Assembly: GCA_000214015.2 (NCBI GenBank)
Contig: CAID01000010.2
Span: 513,303 to 529,739 of the forward strand
Reading direction: 5' to 3'
Source of the DNA: Ostreococcus tauri
Taxonomy: Eukaryota
DNA length: 16,437 nucleotides
The notes beneath the pieces were generated by a model that searched no databases, was not told the DNA's origin, and saw only the letters and a program-made list of their open reading frames with translations. A program made the translations under genes and the position numbers. Positions 1 to 6,848 of this stretch are shown here, in pieces; position 1 is the stretch's first letter, and each line of letters begins with the position of its first letter.

Positions 1-2
1 GG

Positions 3-626
3 ACGTGCGCGCACCGCGTGTGCGCGGCGTGTTATCGCGATCGCGACGACGGTCGAGCGTGCGCGCGGTGCGGACGAGGGTTCGGGGGACGGGCGACGCG
101 CGGGCGGGCGATGGATGATGAGTTGGACGACGCGATCGCGCGCGCGTTGGGCGGACGCGAGACGTGGCGGTTCGACGCGCGCGACGCGGACGATGACGCG
201 CGGGCGCTCGGGGTGCTGAAATCGGCGTTCGGGTACGCGGAGTCGCGGGCGTTCGGGGGTGGGGGGGGGGCGGCGACGACGGCGGCGGCGGCGGCGGCGG
301 CGGCGGCGACGGCAGCGGCGGCGGATGGCGGGCAGACGTCTGAGGGTGCTTCGATGCCGCGAAAGATGGTCGAGGAGGTGTATCACGTGCGTTTTCGCGC
401 GTGGGGTGGGCGAGACGTCGCGCTCGGGTGCAGACACGCGTCCGCGCCGGGTTCGGCGACGGTGCGGGCGTTGGCGAGAACGGTGGAAAAGTGGTCGGCG
501 AAGCGCGTGGTGGCGATGCGAGACGTGTCAGGGGTCGAGTGGTCGATGGATGAGAGCGTGGAGGCGTACTTTGCTTCATCCCGAGAGCTCGGACGACCGT
601 ACGTCGCGTGGTTTGAGACGGCGTGA
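3..626 (+). CDS. Hypothetical protein, probably 5'-truncated by the window edge. It has an N-terminal CxxC...CxxC zinc-ribbon-like motif, an internal Gly5/poly-Ala tract and a mixed-composition C-terminal domain.
   Basis: The frame of track ORF 18..626 stays open back to base 3, and the track start at 18 is GTG. The first in-frame ATG is at 111, and the stop TGA is at 624-626. The C-terminal ~90 aa (MPRKMVEEVYHVRFRAWGG...YVAWFETA) has a normal K/M/Y/F/W/H composition, unlike the Arg-rich alternative frame 259..666. I recognise no family. Confidence 0.5.
   Translation, partial: TCAHRVCAACYRDRDDGRACARCGRGFGGRATRGRAMDDELDDAIARALGGRETWRFDARDADDDARALGVLKSAFGYAESRAFGGGGGAATTAAAAAAAAATAAAADGGQTSEGASMPRKMVEEVYHVRFRAWGGRDVALGCRHASAPGSATVRALARTVEKWSAKRVVAMRDVSGVEWSMDESVEAYFASSRELGRPYVAWFETA
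255..325. repeat. G5-T-G10 homopolymer run followed by an imperfect (GCG/GGC)n trinucleotide repeat, coding Gly5 plus a poly-Ala/Thr tract in the 3..626 frame
   Basis: Read directly: gggggtgggggggggg at 255-270, then cggcgacgacggcggcggcggcggcggcggcggcggcgacggcagcggcggcgg. In frame this translates to FGGGGGAATTAAAAAAAAATAAAADG. Confidence 0.9.
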
Positions 627-707
627 GCGCGCGTTGTTAGTCGGACGCGACGCGACGACAGTGTGACTTGAGACGAGGGCGTGTCGCCACATAGCTGCGT
701 GCGCGGC

Positions 708-1757
708 ATGCGCCGAACGCTCGCGCTGTGCGCGTTATTCTCGACGATCAGTGCGTTCGCTCGGGCCGAGCCGAACGCGCTCGAGACGGAGTTCTCATTC
801 GATGAAGTGCAAAGAAACGACGACGTGGTCGAATTGCGAGGCAAGTACGAAATCCGAAACGCGGACGCGAACGAGGTCGATCTCGTCGGTCTCGCGCTCA
901 AATTTCGGTTTCCCGGAACCGTTGACGTGCGAGCCGACGATGGCTCTGTCACGAAATCGAAGGCACTCCCGTCGGATTGGCGCGCGTCTTGTTTCTGGAG
1001 CTACGTCGAGGGACGGTACAACGGGACAAACGTCTGTCCTTCCATCACGTTCGCCGTGACGTCTCAAGAGTTGGAAGTACGGTTCGTGAACTCGATCAAG
1101 TTGTGCCCCGGATGCGTGTTAAGAGGTGATGGCTCGCGCACGTCGTTCGCGGTAAAGCACGTCAAATATTTGCCCTTCGCACGAGGCGTCGCGCCGCTCG
1201 AACTCCGAGGCATCGAGCAATTCGTGGACGGACCGCCGACGCCGGCGAGACCCGTCTTTCGAGTTTGCTTCCCCAAAGACGTCGACTTTTCATTCCGCGT
1301 GTCGAGTTATCCATCGAGGCAGGATGACGTCGCGTCGTCTTCACAGAAAACGGCGATCATGCCGCTCGGAACGGCGGGCTACGACGCATTTTTGCGCGTA
1401 TTCATAGACGTGACAAATCGACAAGCGGAGGATTACGACATGTCAAACGTCGTCATCACGTTCCCGTTCGACTGGTCCATCGTGCCCGATGAAAAGCGAG
1501 GGAAGGTTCAACAAACACCAGACGATTTCTTCATCCGTTGTCACGGCTCTGGCTCGTCTCTGTGCGACGTCACCGAGGTCGAGCGCTCGCGGGACGGATT
1601 CGCCATTCGTTTCAAGAATGGTTTCGCGTTATGTCCGGGATGTTCCTTGCGCGGATCCGGTCCGCAACGATGCGCGTTCGAGGTGTACTCGCCATTTCTC
1701 TTTCCCGTCGACATCGAATCCGTCCGCGGCGCCTCCGCGGCGTGCGCCGCGTTGTAA
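708..1757 (+). CDS. Secreted protein with two divergent ~150-aa repeats, possibly CBM3/CBM49-like beta-sandwich carbohydrate-binding modules
   Basis: Track ORF 681..1757 starts at GTG. The first ATG at 708 gives MRRTLALCALFSTISAFARA|EPN, a classic signal peptide. The stop TAA is at 1755-1757. An internal duplication is visible: ...ELEVRFVNSIKLCPGCVLRGDGSRTSFAVKHVKYLPF (LCPGC at 1101-1115) versus ...GFAIRFKNGFALCPGCSLRGSGPQRCAFEVYSPFLFP (LCPGC at 1629-1643). The pattern 'IRNADANEVDLVGLALKFRFPG ... C.W ... EVRF...L.PG' resembles the CBM3 layout (NtG...idLs.l.lRYyf...C.h...eisF..g.L.PG). That resemblance is from memory only. Confidence 0.7.
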   Translation: MRRTLALCALFSTISAFARAEPNALETEFSFDEVQRNDDVVELRGKYEIRNADANEVDLVGLALKFRFPGTVDVRADDGSVTKSKALPSDWRASCFWSYVEGRYNGTNVCPSITFAVTSQELEVRFVNSIKLCPGCVLRGDGSRTSFAVKHVKYLPFARGVAPLELRGIEQFVDGPPTPARPVFRVCFPKDVDFSFRVSSYPSRQDDVASSSQKTAIMPLGTAGYDAFLRVFIDVTNRQAEDYDMSNVVITFPFDWSIVPDEKRGKVQQTPDDFFIRCHGSGSSLCDVTEVERSRDGFAIRFKNGFALCPGCSLRGSGPQRCAFEVYSPFLFPVDIESVRGASAACAAL

Positions 1758-1796
1758 CGAACCGCTCGCAACAGACGTCACTCCTCGGCGCGTCAT

Positions 1797-2654
1797 ATGA
1801 TCGACCTCGACGACCCGAATGTTAAAAAACACGTCGACCAAAAGCGCCGATTGCGCGACGCGCACGTGAAGGCGTCGTCGACCTCCACGTCCGAGGCGTG
1901 CGCGGTGCGCGGCGTCGCTCCTGGGAACCGCGCGGTGAAGAAATTCATCGTTCTGGACCTGGGACGCCCGATTCCGCTCGAACACGACCCGTGGACGTCG
2001 GGAGACGCGTTCGAGATCGAGTTCGAGCACCAGGGTGCCGTGGTGCGACGCTCGTTGGGGGAGTTGAGGAGCGCGAACGGTGGGAAGTGGACGGAGTTTG
2101 AGTTGCGGGCGTGGAACTGCGTCACGGGATGGTCGTTCGCGGACGGATTAAAGTTCAATGGCGTTGGCTTAGACGTGGTACTGAGGTGTGCGTTCGGTGA
2201 GAATTTAAAGTTTGAGTGTCTGTTTCAGACAGGCGCGGATGGGTACACGACGAGCGTGGACGCGAGGGATTTGGACGGCGCGTTTTTGGCGGTGACGGAT
2301 GAGAGTGGAGAGATGGTCTCTCGAGAGCACGGCGGGCCGAGACTCGTGTTTCCGACGTTGTTCGGTTGGAAATCAGCGAAGTATTTAAAGAGTGTGACGC
2401 TGCGAGCGTACGAGGGTGGATTTTGGGAGAAGTTGGGATGTCATCGTCGCGGACGTTGGGCGCTCGATGAACGATGGGCGAGCGGGACGTCGTCGCGCGT
2501 TTGGACGGCTCTAGCTTGGCTCACGAATCGCTATCAAATCTTCGGCGATGGGATTTGGATTTGGGTCATGGTGGTCGGCGGCAAGGTCCTCGGCGCCATC
2601 GCGTCGTTCACATCGTTGTTCTCTATAGGAAATAGGAATAGAAAGTTGCAATGA
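1797..2654 (+). CDS. Molybdopterin-binding oxidoreductase domain protein (sulfite-oxidase fold, bacterial MsrP/YedY-like short form) with a C-terminal transmembrane anchor
   Basis: ATG is at 1797 and stop TGA at 2652-2654. The motif AWNCVTGWSF (Cys codon 2118-2120) matches the 'hCVT.WS / RCVEAWS' motif that carries the Mo-ligand cysteine. ADGYTTSV and EHGGPRLVFPTLFGWKSAKYLKSVTLRAYEGGFWEKLGCHRRGRWALDERW (from 2328) match the family signature HGgP.RL..P..yg.ksaKW...i.......GfWe..GYh..gdpw.eeRy. The hydrophobic C-terminus IWIWVMVVGGKVLGAIASFTSLF looks like a membrane anchor. Confidence 0.8.
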   Translation: MIDLDDPNVKKHVDQKRRLRDAHVKASSTSTSEACAVRGVAPGNRAVKKFIVLDLGRPIPLEHDPWTSGDAFEIEFEHQGAVVRRSLGELRSANGGKWTEFELRAWNCVTGWSFADGLKFNGVGLDVVLRCAFGENLKFECLFQTGADGYTTSVDARDLDGAFLAVTDESGEMVSREHGGPRLVFPTLFGWKSAKYLKSVTLRAYEGGFWEKLGCHRRGRWALDERWASGTSSRVWTALAWLTNRYQIFGDGIWIWVMVVGGKVLGAIASFTSLFSIGNRNRKLQ

Positions 2655-2674
2655 TTTGCGCTACGATACGGTAC

Positions 2675-3679
2675 CTAGAGTTCGTCGCGCGAGACCACAT
2701 GAAGCTTCGCCACTTCGCTCGCGATCGCGCCGAATAACGAGTCCTCCCTCGTGCTCGGCTGAACATCCTGTCCAAGCTCCCAAATCATCACACCCGCGTA
2801 CCCCGCGGCGCTCGCTAATCGCACTTTTTCTCGCACGTCGTTCACCGAGTCAAACGCAAACGCGCCGACTCTATTTTCCTTCTCGTCGAACGCTCCCGAT
2901 GCGTCTCGGCGAATCTCTTCGTACGTTTTCACGTCGCCTAAATTATCGAGCGAACGCGCGTAGAAAGGAATTCCAAGCGTGAGCTTGGAGACGTCGCTGT
3001 GCGCCTTGGTGTGTTCAATCACCTCTCTCACGAAGTCCAAACTCGCGTGCCCTGTCGGCGACCTCGAATCGTACGCCATGACGTGAATCCAGTCGGTGAC
3101 CTGGTCCAACCTAAACGTCTTCAGAGCGTCGAACGTCCCGATCGAGGGATGGATCGCGATGCTCAATCGACGACGACGCCCATCGGTATCGCTCGCGTCG
3201 AGCGCGACTCTGGTGGCGAGTAACAGCTCGCGATACGCCCGCCAATCCTCGTCCGAGACCGGGTACTCCCAATCGTACGACACACCGTCGTAATCACCCT
3301 CGATCACCGTTCGCACGACCACCGCCGCCAATCGATCGATGCCAATCGATCCCGCGCGCGCCGCTCCGACGAAGCCGGCGCTGCGTCCGCCGCCGCCCAC
3401 GGCCAAATCCATCGCGCACGTCGACGTCTTCTTCGCCACCGACGCACCGTTCTCCAACCCGTCGCCGCTGGCGTTGGGATAGACGCTGAACGCGATCACG
3501 CGCGCGTGCGGTGACGCGCACGCCCCGTCGGCGGCGTCGATGGGGCGATAATCAGGAAGGTAGGCGTGCGCGCTGAACGCATCGCGTGACGCGCGCACGA
3601 CGCGCGCGAGGACGACGGCGATGGTGCAGAGGACGACGACGCGTTGGGTGCATCGTGGCGTCCATCGAGCGCGGGTCAT
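2675..3679 (-). CDS. Glycoside hydrolase family 18 (chitinase-like) protein with an N-terminal signal or anchor and a C-terminal RDEL
   Basis: ATG is at 3677-3679 on the minus strand and stop TAG at 2675-2677. The GH18 catalytic block is YDGVSYDWEYP (3260-3289), with Glu and the preceding Asp retained and the middle Asp of DxxDxDxE replaced by Ser. Further GH18 blocks are WIHVMAYD, KLTLGIPFYARS and GYAGVMIWELGQD. The N-terminal hydrophobic segment is VVVLCTIAVVLARVVRA. The C-terminus is ...VVSRDEL. Confidence 0.85.
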   Translation of the reverse strand: MTRARWTPRCTQRVVVLCTIAVVLARVVRASRDAFSAHAYLPDYRPIDAADGACASPHARVIAFSVYPNASGDGLENGASVAKKTSTCAMDLAVGGGGRSAGFVGAARAGSIGIDRLAAVVVRTVIEGDYDGVSYDWEYPVSDEDWRAYRELLLATRVALDASDTDGRRRRLSIAIHPSIGTFDALKTFRLDQVTDWIHVMAYDSRSPTGHASLDFVREVIEHTKAHSDVSKLTLGIPFYARSLDNLGDVKTYEEIRRDASGAFDEKENRVGAFAFDSVNDVREKVRLASAAGYAGVMIWELGQDVQPSTREDSLFGAIASEVAKLHVVSRDEL

Positions 3680-3785
3680 CGAGCGCGCGTGGGCGTGTGC
3701 GGCGCGCGAGGCGTTTGAGCGCGTTTCAACTACCGCCCCTCGTGTCGTACTACAAAGACTTCATCACGATTTACGCGTCGATCGA

Positions 3786-4535
3786 TCACGATTCCATGGC
3801 GTCGCCCTGCGCGGCGACGCGAGCGGCCTCTCTCGCGGGCTCGGCGATGTCTTCGGGGACGCGAACGAATTCGCCGTCGCTCGCGTCGCACACCCAGCTC
3901 ATCTCGCACTCAAACTCCTTGTCCTTGACGTCGTGCGTGGCGTACACGATCCGCGCCAGCTCCTTCACCGCCTCCGCGCACGTGATCTCGTTCAACTTCA
4001 ATTTTTCAACCTCAGTCTTCGCCGCGTTTTTCCCCTTTCCAATGCACGCCCCGCGCATCTTCGCGCACTCGCCGTTTTGCTCCACCAAGTACAGGTGGTA
4101 CCCGTCAAAGTCTTTGCAACCGAGCAAGGTCGAGCACCCGAACGGCCGAACGCTCCAGTACAGCGTGAACAAGTGATAGTAATGCGCCATGCGTTCCGCC
4201 AACACCTTCCCCGGGATCGCATCGCCGTAGAAGGATTTATAATTCGCGCACTCCGCCCTCGCCCGATCCGCCACCGCCGCGAGATCCGGCGTGTATCCGC
4301 TCCCGCCAACACCGGCGTGTCTCGCCACCGCGCGCGTCCGTCGATTCGTTCCGGGTTTATGCAGCTTACTCGGCACCAGCTTCTCGCACGCGATGACGAC
4401 GCCATCGACGCACTTCACGCCCACGGTCAACCCGCCCGCGTCCACCGCTTTTCCCGCGTACTCCACCTGAAACACCCTCCCATCCGGCGAGTACGTCGTC
4501 GTGCTCAGGTCGTACCCGCTCCCGATCCCCGACAT
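3786..4535 (-). CDS. PAG1: 20S proteasome subunit alpha type-3 (alpha7; PSMA3/PAG1 orthologue)
   Basis: Track ORF 3786..4706 carries an Arg-rich leader. The internal ATG at 4533-4535 gives [31 protein letters not shown]... This is near-colinear with human PSMA3 ([31 protein letters not shown]...). It also shares ...YTLYSAVRPFGCS..., ...AIGK..AAKTEiEKL...mTC.. and ..KDK.FE.E.SWV. The product is 249 aa, and the stop TGA is at 3786-3788. Confidence 0.92.
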   Translation of the reverse strand: [249 protein letters not shown]

Positions 4536-4911
4536 CGTCCCAAGACGCCGCGCGCGATCGTTCGCGCGCGAGACCGCGCGCGCGAGCCGCGAAGGTGCCG
4601 ATCCGAGACGTCGATCGAGATGCGTCGATCGTCCACGAAACCGACGCTCGCGCCTTTCCTTCGAACCGCGTCGCCCGTCACGACGTCGCGTCGCGCCGCG
4701 TCGCACCGCGCGGTCGTGTCTTCACGTCGCGGGCGAGCGCGCGAAGGGATGTGCGGCGTCAACGTCATCACGCACTCGCGGTGGAGGCGAGGCGAGAAAA
4801 ATGAACTCGTCTCCGGCGCGCGGACGCGGCGAGCGACGCGACGAATGGACGCGCGACGCACGCGCGGTGAGGAATCGTGAACGGTACTCTTACGTCTAAA
4901 TACATCGCGCG

Positions 4912-5652
4912 TTACCCGTGGAATCGCGGATCGGGCGCGCGAGGATCCGCGCTCGGCGCGCCGGCGACGACGTCCGCCGCCTTGGCCGCGCTCGCGGCGC
5001 CGTACCTCTTCGCGTACGGAAGCGTCTTCTCCCCGCGCTCCAACGCCCGGACGTTCTCCTCGAGCACTTCCTTTGGAAATTTACCCACGATGAACCCCTC
5101 GCTGTTTCCCCGGGCGTCCAAGAATTCCAAGTGCGGTATTCCGTCCACGCCGTACGCGTCCATCTCCTCCCCCCACCGCGCGTTGTCGATGTTCAACATC
5201 ACAAAATTCACCCCACGCGCGTGTTCCCGCTCGACGTCGTACACCATCGGCGCGCTCTCCTTGCACACCTCGCACCAATCGGCGTAGAACTCCACCACGG
5301 TGGGTTTCCCGCTCTCGAGCGCCGCGTCCAGGGGCGCGCTCGCCGCCTCCAATCGCGCGAGACCCCCCCCCGCCGCGCTCGCCGCCCCCCCCGCGCCCTC
5401 GAACGCGGTCCCAGAGGTGAAGACGAACGCACACGCCCCGACCGCGACCGCGCTCACGGCGATGGCGCGATTCCGTCGTCGTTCGGCGTCGATGTCGTCA
5501 TCGATGCGTGATTCTCCGCGCGCGTCCGCATTCGACCCTCGCGCGCGCTCGGGCGACGCCCGCGTCCGCGGCGACGCGCGCGCGGACGTCCTCGACGGTC
5601 GACGCGGTCGAGCGGTCGCGAGCGCGCGCGGCGACGTCGACGTCGCGCGCAT
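4912..5652 (-). CDS. HCF164: Thioredoxin-like protein HCF164 (thylakoid-lumen-facing, cytochrome b6f assembly), with a plastid-type N-terminal extension and a membrane anchor
   Basis: VVEFYADWCEVCKESAPMVYDVEREHARGVNFVMLNIDNARWGEEMDAYGVDGIPHLEFLDARGNSEG has the WCEVC codons at 5263-5277. It closely parallels Arabidopsis HCF164 (VVEFYADWCEVCRELAPDVY...VNFVMLNVDNTKW..E.D.FGVEGIPHF.FLD..GNEEG). The track start at 5757 is GTG. The first ATG at 5650-5652 gives MRATSTSPRALATARPRRPS... (Ser/Arg/Ala-rich, transit-peptide-like), followed by the hydrophobic AIAVSAVAVGACAFVFT. The stop TAA is at 4912-4914. Confidence 0.85.
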   Translation of the reverse strand: MRATSTSPRALATARPRRPSRTSARASPRTRASPERARGSNADARGESRIDDDIDAERRRNRAIAVSAVAVGACAFVFTSGTAFEGAGGAASAAGGGLARLEAASAPLDAALESGKPTVVEFYADWCEVCKESAPMVYDVEREHARGVNFVMLNIDNARWGEEMDAYGVDGIPHLEFLDARGNSEGFIVGKFPKEVLEENVRALERGEKTLPYAKRYGAASAAKAADVVAGAPSADPRAPDPRFHG

Positions 5653-5925
5653 CGCGAAGTGTCGCGTCGATGGCGTTCGTTTCACGAGTCGCGACTCGTC
5701 AAAGACCCCCTCTGTGGATGATTGATCGTCCACCGCGCCCGCGCATCGCCGCGCCACCGCCCGACGCGCGCCCTCGCGCGCGCGCGAGACCGCGAACGCG
5801 CGCGCGAGACGTTCGCCGTCGTCTCCATCGCGCCGTGGCCGCGCGCGCGGTCGCCGAGCGAGGGATTCGCACCTCCGAGGACGATTTAACGGTCAACGAG
5901 GACGATCTCGCGCCGGTGACGCGCC
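5653..5925. promoter_or_regulatory. Inferred bidirectional promoter and 5'UTR region between the divergent HCF164 (-) and RING-H2 (+) genes
   Basis: This is a 273-bp non-coding spacer between two divergently oriented ATGs. It contains (CG)6 at 5775-5786 and a perfect 16-bp palindrome acgagtcgcgactcgt at 5684-5699. There is no direct evidence for transcription start sites. Confidence 0.4.
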
Positions 5926-6663
5926 ATGGCGTCCGCGCGCGCGATCTCGAGCGCGGACGCGGGTGATTCTTCGTCGCGACGCGACGGGCGCGCGGCGGTG
6001 GGGACGAGCGAGACGACGTCGATGACGACGCGGTTGATTCGAGGGACGCTGAGCGCGGCGTGCGTGTGCTGCGGAACCGTCGGCGGCGCGGTGGTCGGAG
6101 CGATCGCGGGCGCGGCGTCGTCCAGGGGCGTCGTGCGAGGGGCGGTGTGTGGGGCGTACGCGGGGGCGCTGACGCTGTTGGAGACGATGGATTTAGAGGG
6201 TGATTACGAAGGGTCTTCTGAGGGGGAGGTTGGACGCGAGGCGAACGCCGAGACGGGCGGCGAGTGGTACGCCGTGCGCGAGGACGCGAGTGACGGGTCG
6301 ATGCGAATAGTGGCGATGCCGTTCACGCACGCGATGAACTTTACGCAGGTTTTGAGGATGTTGGCGAACGGTGAGGCGGATCGCGGGGCGAGCGCGGTGA
6401 AGGTGGCTGAGCTCCCGAGTCGGACGTTTCGTCGATCGGAAGGCGGCGTCGACGCGATCGACGGGATGTGCGCGGTGTGTCTCGACGTCTTCTTGGACGG
6501 TGAGATGGTGAAGACGCTACCGTCGTGCGCGCACGAGTTTCACGAGGCGTGCATCGATCGATGGCTGCTTCGTAGGGATTGCTGTCCGATTTGTCGCCGA
6601 CGCGCGTCGATCGACGTAGATCGAGAGCAGAACGTCGACGGCGATTCCGACTCGAGCGCGTGA
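5926..6663 (+). CDS. RING-H2 zinc-finger protein (ATL-like putative E3 ubiquitin ligase) with a Gly/Ala-rich hydrophobic N-terminal segment
   Basis: ATG is at 5926 and stop TGA at 6661-6663. The complete C3H2C3 signature CAVCLDVFLDGEMVKTLPSCAHEFHEACIDRWLLRRDCCPICRR lies at 6469-6594. The upstream hydrophobic stretch is LSAACVCCGTVGGAVVGAIAGAA. Confidence 0.85.
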   Translation: MASARAISSADAGDSSSRRDGRAAVGTSETTSMTTRLIRGTLSAACVCCGTVGGAVVGAIAGAASSRGVVRGAVCGAYAGALTLLETMDLEGDYEGSSEGEVGREANAETGGEWYAVREDASDGSMRIVAMPFTHAMNFTQVLRMLANGEADRGASAVKVAELPSRTFRRSEGGVDAIDGMCAVCLDVFLDGEMVKTLPSCAHEFHEACIDRWLLRRDCCPICRRRASIDVDREQNVDGDSDSSA

Positions 6664-6848
6664 TTCGATCGTTCCGTAGTTTTCACATCATCGAGTGGGA
6701 ACGCCCCACTCGTGTTCCTGGCGCATCCGCGCGCTTTTGTTGTACGATACACTGTGTTTGCCGCGATTCACCCGCGTCCTCGGCGCGTCGGCGCGCGACG
6801 AGAACGTCTCCCGCACACACCGACGCGCGCTTCGACGCACACCTCTCG

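Noticed and set aside
213-236. VLKSAFGY, which resembles the N-terminal 'L...FGY..FR..Q' motif of RecQ helicases
   Set aside because: Only about 8 residues match. They are followed by a Gly/Ala repeat and a short unrelated C-terminus, with no helicase motifs.
383-952. 189-aa minus-strand ORF bridging the first two plus-strand genes
   Set aside because: It is Ser-, Thr- and Arg-rich. It is antisense to two better ORFs and crosses their intergenic spacer, and it has no motif content.
3621-4880. 419-aa plus-strand ORF (with 3586..4176 and 3998..4405) overlapping the proteasome gene
   Set aside because: It is Arg-, His-, Val- and Pro-rich low-complexity sequence lying antisense to a strongly conserved PSMA3 orthologue. 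This is the typical stop-codon-poor antisense frame of GC-rich DNA.
5684-5699. Perfect 16-bp palindrome acgagtcgcgactcgt just upstream of the HCF164 ATG
   Set aside because: It is real in the sequence. However, an 8+8 palindrome is expected at roughly chance level, on the order of one per window of this size and GC bias. I see no second copy or associated motif, so I do not promote it to a finding.
6692-6712. Hairpin cgagtggg-aacgc-cccactcg about 30 nt downstream of the RING gene stop
   Set aside because: Several 8-bp stems with short loops are expected by chance in 16 kb of GC-rich DNA. Eukaryotic 3'-end formation does not require such hairpins, and there is no U-tract.
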